A stretch of 63,493 nucleotides of DNA, filler included, from Choristocarpus tenellus KU-1152 (GCA_964200185.2; 12 parts of 12 records of this genome joined end to end with filler, not necessarily neighbours in it), one strand, 5' to 3'; positions 13,201 through 26,542 are shown, numbered from the whole stretch's first letter. The notes: generated by a model from the letters alone, not told the origin. Translations and numbers: made by a program.

Positions 13201-13528
13201 GAATATGAATCACATCAGCTGGTAAGAACATTCATAGCAATCGCATGGTAAGAGCTATTCCTTAAAAAAATCGCTTACTCCCCCTTCATGTTGATAGCTC
13301 AGTTGATGCCTTGAATAAATCAATCACTTTGTAATAGTACAATATGAATATATTCGCTAGGAGTGGAAGAAAAGGTGAGAGGTATGCAGAAGTCATTCTA
13401 GCACTTTCTATTCCGTCTAGGGTGCACCACTATATCTTTTTGAACAGTAAACACACACACTTCAATATGTACATTCCAGTTGCTTGTTTTTCTCACCTTG
13501 AGTCTGTGAGCTTCCTTTGCCTTACGCC

Positions 13529-15954
13529 TTAAGTTGAATGTAAACCACAATGAAAGGGGTACTGCTGTACATGTGTGCCTTGGGTGGAGTTATCCAGGGC
13601 ACCTACATCGGGCGAACAAGCGGAAACGAACCCTCCTCCGGCTTCTTGTGGCCAAGGCATTGTCTCAAAGTTCATGGATTGATTGCTGCCTGATGCTGAC
13701 ATAGGAAATGTCTTGAAGAATTGATTGGTAGAGGACATGGATGTGTTCTCCAGGGCACTGAAGTGATCACCTACCATAGAATGCGGAAGATACCCAGAGG
13801 ATGCTGCCCCTCTCATCTCCACCCCAGCAATACCTCCACCAGATTGATTTGTTGCCCTTGATTCAGATGAAGGTTGAGGTCCAATAACTCGCATGGAGCC
13901 GAACCCACCATGCAAGCTGGTCAAGCCTGGCACCACACTTTGCCCCGTGCTAGCACTAAGGAATTGCCCTGCAACGTTTTCACCTGATTGTTTTATGCCA
14001 AGATTGTGGGAGGATGTCGGAGGGAGAATCAACCCTGGGCTAGTTGGAACGGCCTGGGCACGGAGAACTCCAGTTACAAGCCCAAAGTTCTCCATTCGCA
14101 CTTCAACAGAAGTGGCACTGTTTAGGGAACTAAAGCCAGATGTTACATATGGCATCCCCATGGAATGTCCTGGTAGTGGCAATGTGGGCATTGTTGGCAC
14201 CAGGGACTCACAAGCCTTGTCCACTTCCTGGGGTATCCCACCTGAAGGCCCTCGAAGTTCCGCCCACATTCCCATACTACGCATATCTGTAGGAACAGTA
14301 CTGACATCACAGGTCATGGAGGTGTGTTGCTCCTTCCCACAACCTGCAAAGCCCCGTGCCAAGTGGTGGTGTCTTAGCAGGAATGGCTTGGCTGAAACTG
14401 AAGTTCCGTTGTCCTCAGTCCAGTTGTAGTCTCCACTACGACCCAGGCTATTGTGAAGGGGAATAGAAGTGACCGAAGTCAGGCGAAGGCCTCCATCACC
14501 GCCACCATCATTGTCAATTGGACAGAATTCTGGCATCGAACCCCATGCAACACCTGCAAGAACCTCTTCTGAACCAGAACCAGAGACAAGCATTTGCTCT
14601 GAAGCAATGTTGGCAGGTAGGTATTGCTCTGCAGTAGAGGGTACCCAGACCGTTGAACCTATCCCTGCGACTCCTTGACTACGTACAACAGGCCAGATGG
14701 GCAGTGCTGCCGCCGTGTCCAAGACAGGCATTGGAGGATTCCCGACATTGGTGGTACTCTGTGCCCTGTCGCTAGAACTGTACAAGCTGATCTTGGGCGC
14801 CTTCTCTTCATTAGTATCGCTTGATATTCCTGTCATAGTCAATTGATTGGAGGCAGAACATGTACGGGAGCCCCCTATTAGCCCAGCCCCCACATTGCTG
14901 TCACCTTTGCCCTGGTGTACTTTGCCCAACCCGGCCCCGTTCTGCTCTTGTTGTGGCACAGCAAGCACAAAAGGGCCACTGAGTTTGGCACCATTCCCCT
15001 TTTGCAAGGAAAAGCGGGGTTCGCTGGACACCCTCGCAGCCCTGGTCGAGGAATGGGAACGCTTGCCGTGCTTGACGTGCTTGACATCCACCATGCCCGC
15101 TGTCCTGTGGCTCCTACAGGCGGCCGGACGTTGTCCTGGCAGCGCATATGTGGCCTGCCTGGTACACAGTTCGGATGAACATGGCCTATTCTTGACATCG
15201 ACCATTCCCTCGAGTCTATGCCCCGCGCAGAAGGTAGCTTTCTCTCTTGGAAATGCATAGTTGGCCTGATGTGCAGGCCACAGGGAAGACAAAATAAAAA
15301 AATCAATGACTTAGGTTAAGGATTGCTGTGTGTTTTCCATTGGAATGACGATTGGCGAGCGGATCTCACCTGATGGGAGGGAGGAGCTAGCTTGGAAAGT
15401 ATTAGCGACTGCTGGTGTTGAGCGGATATCTTTTACACTGGATGACACTAGGTACACTCAGAGAAGGTCCTTCAATTTTCATAAGGAAACGATAATTGGC
15501 GGAGGTCAATCCCCTTGTGGTCGAGTATAGCAATGGACTACAGGCTGCATCTCACCTGCTTGCCACACCCCTCTCGCTTGCAGCGCTTGTTCTTAACGTC
15601 CACCATTCCTTCAAGCCGATGAACCCCACAGAAGCGAGCCTTGCGACCATTAAGCCCGAAAAGGGCTCGTGTCATGCACCCCTCATGTTCGCATCTCTTG
15701 TTCTTGACATCAACCATACCGGGTTCCTTGTGCCCAACACAGTAGCAGGCCTTCTGGCCAAGATAGCCGAAGTAGGGACTCTTGAGGCAGTCTGGATAGC
15801 GGCATTTCGAACCTCGGGGTGACGTCCCTGTGTTTGTTCTAGTACTCCTGATCTTCTCTTCTAGAGGTTGTAGAGGCTGTGTAAAAACACTAGAGTTCAA
15901 CATCCTCGCGTTGAGCTGATCAATCAGTTGCTTGGCGATGGTTGGGTCGGGCAT
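13529..15954 (-). CDS. EsV-1-7 cysteine-rich repeat protein (4 repeats plus long low-complexity C-terminus); exons 15954-15556 and 15265-13529
   Basis: Four C-x4-C...C-x2-H...GMVDVK units. CAG|GTGAGA donor and CAG|GCC acceptor join in phase 0 (…REGCGKQ|ANYAFPREKATFCAGH…). The start codon is uncertain. Confidence 0.9.
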
Positions 15955-17090
15955 CAATTCTCCTTCTTTTCTTGAGATAATTTCCAAGCACAAAGGTTTA
16001 GCTCCCGAGTTCTTTGGACCGTGCTCACCTTTCGGGTGTTAAGGTGAACAAGGTGGATTCAAGGGGATGGGAAAGGCTTTGCCAACACAGTTTTTCTCAA
16101 CTTCTGCAGTGGGTGATGTATAGGAAGGCAGGTCCTACAAAAGATCATTCTTGATTTACGTAGCCTTGATTTGTGACTAAACAATTCACACTTTCACCTA
16201 GTTTCACTCGTACATATATTACACAATATAATATAATATCTTTGTGTCCTTGTGTCATTCGTATATAGAGTATAGTCGTAGACTATGTGCAATAATTCGA
16301 ATCATATAGTGACGAATGGAGATACAGAACATTCTATTTCACGAAAACAAAGCAAATTTAGAAATTATGTACGCAAAAAAAGAAGAAGGCAAGAATTTTT
16401 TTCCCATAATCACACATATATAGAAAGTATTAAATGTATCCATTTCTTGTTATATATATTGACAATTTCTTCTCCTCTTCCCCAAAAATATCCCTTCTTC
16501 CTGGGTCTCAATCTTGTACCCTTCTAAATCTACATATTCTCTAACTTCCTGCTCTCCACATGATCTGCACAGTTCTAGTATCGGAAAGTATATATATGTG
16601 GCGTCATCGACTTTAAGGATCAAACAAATCTGTCAAATTAGTCAGATCGATTTAAAACTGAGCTGAACAGTTCTCTTCTAGAACCAATATCTCCATTCAT
16701 TCGAACTCCTGGTGAGCGGGAAGTATATATGAGTGGTAGGAACATTTTCAAATAGGAATCACCATTTTCTTCCTCCAATCGAGAAAAAACTTTATCTTCG
16801 TTCCTTACTTTCAAAATATATGTTCAATAGTGCCTAGTATTTCCTCTAACTGAATATTGCTCTCAACATTCTGTCTACAAAATTATTTGTAATCTAGGTT
16901 TATACAGGAGGTTTAGGACTCATCACACTGACGTGAAGAAAGTCATACATACGAAAATTGACTCTAACCCAATAATTGTAGTATGCAATAGTCAAAGTTT
17001 AGAATTTCATATACGGTGTATGTCATTGGTGCTAATCAAATACTTTCTTTCCAGTGTTTTAAAATTGTGGTTAAAATTAAAAATGAATAC

Positions 17091-17340
17091 ATTATTATGC
17101 CCTCTGACATTTTCCAGGTGTGTCAAAGGAAAAGCCAAACCAATAAAATAAGAACTCTTGCAAAAGTAACAGTTGTCGTAAATGTGAAAGATATTCTTCT
17201 ATCATCCATTTACTCTTTGACTGTCAGTTGTGCTACACCACTTCCCTCCTATGCCTCCAGTCTAGCTTTAGCCCTACACCACAGGGCGAGGAGCTAGGGA
17301 AGCACCCCAAGAATCTGACAGGCTCGTTCTTGCTTTGTAA
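17091..17340 (-). mobile_element. 3' end fragment of a CRE/SLACS-like non-LTR retrotransposon (hairpin + TAA tail)
   Basis: Homologous to 31773-32050 (TTATGCCCTCTGACAT...TGTGTCA; GG.AC/GCTAGGGA.GCA.CCCAAGA). Confidence 0.55.
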
Positions 17341-17479
17341 CTCTCCTACAGCTCATGGTGACGAGTATTTCCTGGGCGAAGCTATTCAATACGCTTAAGC
17401 ACCCCATTCAAATATACTCTAGTTAGAGGAGGCGCAGCTGGAGCTGGGGTGGCTTGGGTTGGTAACATCACTCATGGTC

Positions 17480-17950
17480 TTAGATGGTCTTCATACCAAA
17501 CTCCTTCAACTGTCTGACAACAACTATGCTGACTGGTTTTACCAAGACCCGTGTTTTCTTGGGCGTGAAAGGTGGTATCGACCAAGCATTGGAGCATAGG
17601 GAGGACCCTCTTCAAGTGGGTGACGCAAACTCCACTAAGGGGGAAGAAGTGAGTGAAGATGAGGTTGTCAAGGCCAAGAAGGCATACGATGTCCTGTTAA
17701 GGAGCGCTAGTGGTTTCTACAGGTGCGTTGTCTGCAATGTAACTCACCTTCTGATGCATGGAAGCACCTAAGGGGGCATTTTGTTATCTATTCGGATTAG
17801 GAAATTGCTAGGCTGCAGAAGTTGGTTATGAATGTTGAGATGCCTAGGGGGTCAGATGTTGAACTCATAAAGCTTACAATTGGTCGCATCCGTACACTAT
17901 TCCTATTGTGTGGGGTTTGCAATTCTCCGCACTATGTTACTATAAACCAT
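17480..17950 (+). pseudogene. Degenerate Ty1/copia gag fragment
   Basis: FTKTRVFLG...EDPLQVGD...EDEVVKAKKAYDVLL resembles a copia gag (UBN2-type) N-terminus; interrupted by stops and frameshifts. Confidence 0.5.
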
Positions 17951-18061
17951 TTACTTTTCTTCAGCATAACAAGCGTATGTAGAACATGACACAAATCAAT
18001 GGACACTAGTGAGTCAATAAAGTGTTTGTGTAAAATGAAATTAATTTGGTTTTTGGTCTAT

Positions 18062-18481
18062 TGTGAATCGTGTGATTCTGTGGCGGCGTGGTTCACTCAG
18101 GCAAGGGTGGTGAAGAGAATCACCGGGCAAGACGGACCAGACGAACAAAGACGAACCGTAACCAAGAGCACATGCTTAAGGTTGGACAAGAACAAAACGA
18201 GGTGTGATGAGCATCTTCAGAGGTTGGGGCTTCATCACCAAGAGTCAAGACGTGAGAACAAAGTGAATCTTTCATGTGTGACAACTCTGAATGAGGAGCT
18301 GTCCCAAGTCTGTGGGATTGGTCACGTGAAGAGATTCCATGGTTTCATTCTGACGGAAGGTCCGCCAGTTGAAATCATGCATGCTTGACGAGGAACCTCG
18401 ATCCGTATAACGGTATAATGATATAACTGTGTATGGCATACGGCAATAATGGTATAACAACAGACAAACATGCTTTCCACA
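18062..18481 (+). repeat. Dispersed repeat of about 420 bp, second copy at 25800-26209
   Basis: Shared 5' block TGTGAATCGTGTGATTCTG.GG.GGCGTGGTTC.CTCAGGCAAG...CAAGACGGACCAGA and 3' block GGCATACGGCAATAA.GGTATAACAACAGACAAACATGCTTTCCAC; the middles differ. Confidence 0.85.
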
Positions 18482-18788
18482 TCACCCCCCCTTCTGATCG
18501 GCCTTGAAGCCATGTAAACATGATTCAAGGTCAACCAAAAAGTGAGTTCTGGGAGCGAAATGGGAAACATGTGTGACTGTTAGTATACTATTGCACCATT
18601 GTATTACACGACTCCATTAATATATAATGAAGTATAATATATAAACGAGGCACATCATGAAAATCTGATCAGGATAACATCAGCCTAAGGTTGATGGTGT
18701 GTGGTCAGCACAGCAATCAAGCTTACGAGGTCTGAGAGTATGGGATCAGCATATCAATCAGCCTAACGATGAGGCGAGAGGAGTATGT

Positions 18789-19094
18789 GTGTTACAGGCG
18801 AATAGCGCGAGCATTTCTTCTTGTATTTCAACAAAGTTTGAGCATTTGTTACACGCGAATAGCGCGAGCATTTTTCTCCTTTTGTGTTAGGAAATACGAA
18901 CATTTGTAATAGACATACAGTGTGAAGATTGTTTCTCGAGTTCTGACAAGTGCGAACTATATACGATATTAGTAACACATAGGTAAGCTTACAGAATAAG
19001 TGATAATTTTAAGGAGATGCAGAGTAAGATTCGGAATACCTACGTAACATTACAGAGGAAAATGTCAAAGTCACTAAGAAGTTGAAGAATAAAG
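18789..19094 (+). mobile_element. LTR-like repeat, truncated by contig end; its 5' ~30 nt are internally duplicated
   Basis: TGTTACA(G/C)GCGAATAGCGCGAGCATTT occurs twice (18789, ~18847); homologous to 4470-4713 (-). Confidence 0.5.
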
Positions 19095-19479
19095 NNNNNN
19101 NNNNNNNNNNNNNNNNNNNNNNNNNNNNNNNNNNNNNNTTAATTAATTAANNNNNNNNNNNNNNNNNNNNNNNNNNNNNNNNNNNNNNNNNNNNCGAGGC
19201 AGACATGACTGGGGTGAGAGACCAAATATTGGGCGTGGGGCTCAAAATGCAAAGCGCCCAGCTTCCCCCCACAGTCAAGAAATTCCCGGGATGGGACAAC
19301 GCCAATGCATGGATAGGGCTGCACAGATGGCAACCAAACGCTTGGCCCCACACTCTGAGAGGCGGAAATCCGCCAGACTGGAGCAGCGCCGGCGGATGGC
19401 CCACACATGCCAAATATGTGCCCAGGAAGAGGGTGAGGAAATAGAAATGAACCACTTCGTATCAACATGCAGCAGAACA

Positions 19480-21075
19480 ACGAAGATGTGTACTGCCTTA
19501 TGGCATGGGGGAAGTAACAGCAGGTCCAGACGAGCCATTCACAACCAAGGAGGCCTTGAATAGGCCAGATGCAGATCAATGGCAGGAAGCCATGGAAAAG
19601 GAAATGGCAGGACTTTGGCAGAAGGGGACGTTTAGTGACAAAACCTTACCCCAAGAAGGAAGGCAATCAAGACACGATTTGTTTTAAAAATCAAGCACTC
19701 TGCAGACGGGACAGTGGAACGAAATAAGGCAAGACTCATGGCATGTGGGTTTACCCAAAATGCAGGAGTATATTTCTTTGAAACCTTCAGCCCAGTAGTG
19801 GGATACGACTCACTACGATGCGTCACATCAGTCGCAGCGTACAAAGGTTGGAGCATAGACGCCCTAGATTTCACACACGCCTATCTCAACACAGATCTGC
19901 AGGAGGACGTCTGGCTGGAGCTTCCAGACGGTCGCATTGTCAAGGCTGAGAAAGCAATCTATGGGCTGAAGCAGTCAGCCATGGAATGGTTTCATGAATT
20001 AAGGGGCACTATTCTCACGGAAGGATGGACAAGTAGTCAACACAACGAGTGTCTCTACTTCAAAAAGAGTGAAGACGGACGCATCGCCATCCTCACTACT
20101 TATGTGGACGACACTGCCACTGGAGACTTCACAGAAGAGATCCAAAGGATGAGGGCATCACTACTAGAAAAGTACAAAGGACGAGACCTAGGTACGCCAG
20201 ACAAGCTGATTGGGGTGAGCATCACTGTGGGTGAAGATGGCATCACCCTGGACCAATAACTATATGCAGAAAGTATTGTCATGGTCGGGATGGGCTCTAT
20301 GGGAGTACGAAAAAGATCTACACCACTGGACCCTGGCATGGACCTTTCTGCCAGACAAGATCATGAGGAGGAACTAGATCCCACCATATACCCCTATGCC
20401 AGTAATCTTGGGAAACTCATGTTCTTAGCAGGCATGACTAGACCAGACCTGGCTAATAGCGTTCAGGAACTGGGGCGTAGAGCAGCATCTCCATATATGC
20501 GACACTGGTGCGGACTGCAACACATTCCGCGCTACGTAGCAGGGACATTGGATGTTTGTAATCACCATGATCGAGGGGACAAAGATATGGTCGAGAGGAA
20601 TAAAGAACTCTTGGTTTGGTACAGAGATTCTGACTGGGGCACTGACCAACAAACACGCAGGAGTGTTACAGGGTACATAATCCTGCTCAACAGATCACCG
20701 ATCGCCAGGCACTCCTAAGATTCAAGGTGCTGTCGCCCTCTCCAGCTCGGAGGCAGAGTGGGCGGCAATGGCATATGGCATGCGTCACTGCATTTTCCTT
20801 CAAGGCATTCTGGGGGAGATTGGCATATTACAGGAACAGATTCCTGGTTCTGTGATAATCGTGGTGCTATTCAAGCGAGCGGCATCACAGGATTCAATGG
20901 AAGGACCAATCATGTGAACATGAAGTTAAAATGTACAAGTGAGTATGTAGATCAAGGAATATTTAATAAAGAATATGTTCTAACGTCAAGACAACTAGCT
21001 GACATTTTGATTAAGTCTTTGCGTAAGAGTCTTACTTCTGATTTTGCGCAATCTGTACTTTCACGTCGAGTGTGA
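19480..21075 (+). pseudogene. Ty1/copia pol (reverse transcriptase + RNase H), frameshifted
   Basis: EPFTTKEAL...W.EAMEKEM, KARLMACGFTQ..GV.FFETFSPV, KAIYGLKQSA..W, YVDD, DSDWG.D..TRRSVTG, CDNRGAI, QLADILIK. Frameshifts near 19680 and 20715 and a stop at 20257-20259. Confidence 0.95.
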
Positions 21076-21106
21076 GCCTTTGTCAGCAACTTCGCTGCAC
21101 ACTCAT

Positions 21107-21370
21107 GGGGGAGTGTGCAATATAGACTAGTAGTCTATATGGTTTATAGTATAAAAGTGAATGACGTAGTTTAACTTGAACTTACAAGTGACTGACGTAG
21201 TGTAACTGTCACAAACATGTTTGAACATATTTCTGATGTGTTTGATGATGAATGAATTAGATAGCAAGGGAGAGCACCACCCCCTACCTTGAGGATAGTG
21301 CTCACTCCGCTAATAAACAAGTCCATACCACATTAAGCAAAATAATCTATCAGAGTAGCTCTCTTTTACA
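21107..21370 (+). mobile_element. Polypurine tract and 3' LTR of the copia element (TG...CA, ~257 bp)
   Basis: GGGGGAG at 21107-21113, then TGTGCAATATAGACT...AATAAA...CTCTTTTACA. The same LTR start recurs at 52434. Confidence 0.75.
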
Positions 21371-21387
21371 TAGGGAACAACACTCCC

Positions 21388-21831
21388 ATGATCATTCACA
21401 AAGATGGGAAACAGGAAGGGGGAGATAGTGTACAAGACAAGATACACCCTACAAACAAATTCTCTGGATCTCAAAAAACGTGCAGCTCCTTGTCTTCCTG
21501 TACACCTGAAGATGAATGTGTGGCAGGTGATGTTGAGGACACAGCTACCTGGTACCTGAAAACTGGAGCAATCCAGTCACATCAATATTGTGTAGACTCA
21601 GCTACTCTTTCCAGAGGTGGATTTGTAGTGGTTGCAGTGGAGGAGTACTTGAGTAAAATTGGTATATTTGACAATTTCAAAATTATCAACTGGTGGACTT
21701 GGTTGAAAAGAAACGATGTGCATTGCATTTCGATTTTAATCTGGTACAAAGTCTGCCATGTGTGTTATCTCAATATGTTCCTTCCCCACCATGACAACAT
21801 CCAAGACTGTCAGAAGATATACATGAAATAA
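21388..21831 (+). pseudogene. Possible hAT transposase C-terminal dimerisation-domain remnant
   Basis: AVEEYL...FKIINWW resembles the 'E+..YL....+L.WW' motif; degenerate downstream. Confidence 0.35.
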
Positions 21832-23929
21832 GGTACCCATTTTTTTCATCATAAACAAAATCCCCCTTCACAACTCCTCGCCCTTTCATGAGTTGGATGT
21901 GAGTTGATACAGTTGTTTCAGACATGTATGACTGGAGATGGTGACTCTTGGCAGTGGAGTAGGGCATATAAATGGGCGAAAGTGTTCCCTGTAGCATAGT
22001 GGTAACCTACCAGCTTCTTCAAAAGAAACATACACATTCACACATAGGAGGTGTCAGGTTCTCTCCATGAAAACTGCTCTTAATGAACCACTTTGCAAGC
22101 ACAGCTGAAAGGTACAAGTGTCCTCTTCTGTCATTTAACCATAACAAATACGTAAGACCTAAGTTGTGATGCCTTGGCATCACATCATTGCACCTAGGTG
22201 AGTACTGCACAAGGTTTGAGGGAGGCTAAGGTGGCAAGCATTGGGATGACTCAATCCAATGCGCAAGAAAAGAAGACACCCATGAGCCTGTGCATTAGAT
22301 GAAGTGCAATAGTTTGTTGTGCATGGGATGAACAGTGTGAAGTGCCTCTGACCACGGGTTGAGCTAGGTTCATGGCGTAGTCCTCGACAAAAAAGTGCAG
22401 ATCATGGTATATTTATTACAAGTAATCTTTTTGGGGTGTTCAGCAGGGGTCCTCCCAACCAACTGGGCACTTAGCTGTAGTCAGGGGGGTGTAAGAATTC
22501 TGACAGCGCCAGCAAACGTGCACTTGGAATAGCTCTTGAAGATGTGGCAGCAGACTTTGGTTGGAGAGTGTAAGCCAGGAAGAGTAAAGGAGGAGCGTGC
22601 TTTCTTTCACTATAGTTTGTGTTTTATGATGGTCGATGTGTGTGACATCATGAGCAGTAACGGCGTCAAACCAACTGGTATAGGTAGGCAGGACATTGCC
22701 TTCAAGCGCTATGCCCATCTCCATTCTCAGCAAGCTTCACATGTACACTTATAGGTAGACTCAGATCCATGTCAGGTATTTTGAGTGTATCAGGAAAACA
22801 CGGAAAAGAACATGGTTTCACAACGCAGTTCTGATGACTATTATGATACTCCCCACATGATAAGAAAACTTAAACGTCGAGAATGCTTGAGAGGAAGAAT
22901 GATGGTCAACACACCTACGGCAACTTAGATCCACTGGACCGAATCAAAGGCCCATTCTTGCTACGACTTGAGCATGTCATAGAAGCCACCTCTCCGCTCA
23001 TCCACCCCAAGGCATGTTGCTAGCTTGATGAAATCGACATTCCAATCGTACTGATACTCCATGACCCTTCACCAGCAGCAGCATCTAGGCTTCCACAACA
23101 TGTTAGGGAAGCTGCAGTGAAGTCATACAGCCTCCTTGGGTGAGGCCGTGAGCTCTCAGCAGAGTCAATGTGCATGCTATGCTGTGCTGTGGTATCTGAG
23201 TCTAGCATATCCTCTCTTATTTGCTCCACCTCCAGGATGCCAATCACTTCTAGCTTAACATGGCTCCAAATTGTGCGCTCTTCTGGAATGCCATACAGGT
23301 GTTTGGTACTGTATGGGATCCAGACACCATTGAGTTGGCCCTCCTCATCATTGCACCTCAAATTTGAGAAGGCATACCCAGCTGCAGCAAGGCCTATTCA
23401 AGTCTCCATACCCAAAGCCTCCAAAGCTTCAGGCACGTTCACAACCACAACAAATGAACTATGAGGTTCTGGTAGCGATAGCCCCACCCATGTCTGATCA
23501 AAAGAGAAAACCAAGGAACAAACTACTGACCCTTTTGGACCGTAACAATGTTACTTTCTTGATACAACAAATCTGGCCAATTGAATCTTTACAGTTCACA
23601 ACACAATAACCTAGGAAAAAAGGCATGTTTAGCAGAATACTGCACTTTTGTTACAAGAATTAACACAGGTGTAACTGTGACCCTGGCATTTTGAATACAG
23701 AAGGAAGGATCAACAATACAGGGTTGGGGAGTAGAAAATGTACAGTAGGTTGTGTAAACAATGGGTTAGAATAGAACCCTTCAGATTCCCAGCGAGCTAT
23801 TTTAACTGAAAATACTAAATATACTGGTTTCGAAGAATCAGCATCGATGGCTGAAGTCAAACAGAACCAGTCCATAAATATTTAAATAGAAGAGCACTTG
23901 ACATGACGCAAACACCGAGCACATGTAAA

Positions 23930-24084
23930 GACCCAAAGTATCTGGGAGGGAGGGGGGTCTACACCAGGGTGTCCATTTGGACCAAAATCAGGAAAAGTGC
24001 ATTTACAGTATCCATCTGACATATGCAACCAAATCACCCAAAAAAAAAAAAAAAAAAAATTGACCCCAAATGGACAGCCGCCAC
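23930..24084 (+). mobile_element. MITE subfamily A copy truncated at contig end (other partial copies at 6884-6918, 10859-10878, 28408-28452, 29187-29250, 43180-43222, 48652-48672)
   Basis: GACCCAAAGTATCTGGG...CTACACCAGGGTGTCCA...TGACCCCAAATGGACAGCCGCCAC, matching the full copies at 36885 and 43327. Confidence 0.85.
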
Positions 24085-25799
24085 NNNNNNNNNNNNNNNN
24101 NNNNNNNNNNNNNNNNNNNNNNNNNNNNTTAATTAATTAANNNNNNNNNNNNNNNNNNNNNNNNNNNNNNNNNNNNNNNNNNNNGTCTTATACATACAGT
24201 GTGTGTCGGCGATCCCAAAAAGGAACCTGTCCCTGACATGACCATTATTTGAGGGTATTTAATTAATTACCATCATAGTCCTTGTCCCATAGGTATGGGC
24301 CATTAAGTTATATTACTTGGAATATTTTACATTAAAAATTTTGAATTATTATATTTCAATGAATTCTATCCTGAAATGATTCCGAAAGAATGGAACACAG
24401 AATGGGGCATCTTCTTGCTCCCTCTATCCCATAAGTCTGTATCGTCAAAAAACGATATGGACGATTAACCATAATTTCCAGCCATTTTTGGTCGGTTTTG
24501 CTGTTTTGGAAAATTTGCCATTTCCGAAAAAAACGTTTGTGTTCACACCGTGGTTTCTCAACCATTTCAAAATAAAAAAATATCTTGAAGATATCTATTG
24601 TGTGCAACCCGAAGTTGTTGGCTTTCGAACGATCTTATTTTCTATTTCTGAATATCACTTTATTCTCGTCCCACACAGTGTTGACTTGAGAATTCGTATT
24701 TACTGTTATCATACACCTTTCTTTGCATCGTCTCTATTTCATGCATTGTCGTAATAATGTTGTTACCTATCGTTTCAGCAAATATATTATTGTATGTATG
24801 TGCGGTACAGATCCTTGCCAATTGTTTGTTTGTGATTTTTTAAAGACTAGTGTGTCTTGGTCAGACCTCGTGGTACCCACGTACCATAATCCTTTATATA
24901 GGTTGTCCATCTAGTTCAGACAAATCGTTTGTGTGTCATTTTGTCATAGATGGGTATAGTCTATCGTTTTGTGAAGAGACGAGAGAACTGGTAACAGATG
25001 TCAGTTAACCGGTTCATGACCAGCTCTGACTTGACATCTCGTTTTTACGAGGTTTATCAATCCTTACAAATAGACTACACGTATGTGTTGGTGGATTTTG
25101 ATAAGCTTAATTAATACAATTAATTTTATCTCTCAACTCTCCTTGTTCGCATGAGTTGACACATGCGGTGGTGAAGAGACCGTATCACCGGGCACATTAG
25201 CACCCATGTGCTAAATAAAGGTGGCTGTTCATTACGTCATGTTTTCATGACATGGATTTATTGATAATCGTGAAATAACTAACCCATTAAAAACATAAGA
25301 TTCAAGTCTACCACTAGGTAAGAGATGGAGACTTCAGGTGAGTCACACATGTTATTTATTTTATTTTTCGAGTGGTATGATCCTCCCAGACATGATGTAA
25401 TGACCATACACAAGCCACCTCGTATCGTTTTAGGAGAGTTGAGCCACCAACATATCGTACGTCCGAGTTTGTCCACTTGGAATATTTTTGTTGTCGTGAA
25501 CAATATATCCAATTGATGTCAAAATTGAAGGAGAATGGGTGCAGACATTTGATCTCGCCGTCTGCTGTGTTAATATTGATAATGTAACACGTAATGTTGT
25601 TTTAACGCATTGTTGGAGTGGTGATCAAATCATCGCATAACACTCGTATAGAGCAATGTCGAATAACAAACGCTAGTCAAATCTTTTATTGACATCGTGT
25701 AGCGTTTGCTCCTCGCCTTCCCATTCTGAATGTATCCTCTGTTTTGTACGAGATTCGAACTCACGCGTGCGAAGCACACAAACTTACAGGTGTCGCCAA

Positions 25800-26209
25800 T
25801 GTGAATCGTGTGATTCTGAGGTGGCGTGGTTCCCTCAGGCAAGGAGGGTGGCGAAGAGAATCACCCGGCAAGACGGACCAGATGAACGAAAACGAACTGT
25901 AACCGAGAGGACGAGGTTATGGTTACAAAAGTGCAAGACTGAAAGGACTTGCAGGAAAAAGTGGGGAACTGGGGAAGTGGGGAGGATCACGATTGGATGG
26001 GTTTCGGAAAAGAAACCCTTCAGAGGTAGGAGATCCGTCTTCAGAAAAACATACTCATAAAGAGACGTTGCGGGAAGACACGGAAATCTATTACTCCGAA
26101 TATCCTCCACACAGTTGAACCAAAGTTCTCAGAAAACAACCTCAATCGATATAATGATATATGGCATACGGCAATAACGGTATAACAACAGACAAACATG
26201 CTTTCCACG
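25800..26209 (+). repeat. Second copy of the 18062-18481 dispersed repeat
   Basis: Same 5' and 3' blocks as 18062-18481. Confidence 0.85.
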
Positions 26210-26542
26210 CTTTTGAAAAGTTACTCACAAAAATTCACAACAGTCCAGACCTATCTATGGAGTACGTCAAAAATGTTTGAAGGCCCTGAACTGAGATAGG
26301 AGGTTGGTGTACATCCATACAGACAGGTCAGACACCTTGTTTTGTGTCTCTAGTTCACAGCAGGTGCAAATTTCGTTCTGGGCACTTCATTATTTCGTGT
26401 CAGTCTCAAACATAGACTCTGGCTTGACATGAGAATGCCAAATTCAACCAATTTGTACGCCTCTACTACTGTTATTAGACCTCTAAATTAGAGATAAGTT
26501 ATTGTATGAAGGTAGGATCAATTTCGGCAAGGCCCATTATTG

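Noticed and set aside
13893-15822. Plus-strand ORFs overlapping the EsV-1-7 gene
   Set aside because: Antisense shadows of a long coding exon with no independent motifs.
13529-15993. Endogenous phaeovirus insertion
   Set aside because: The gene has a spliceosomal intron and no viral core genes are nearby; EsV-1-7 domains are common in brown algal host genes.
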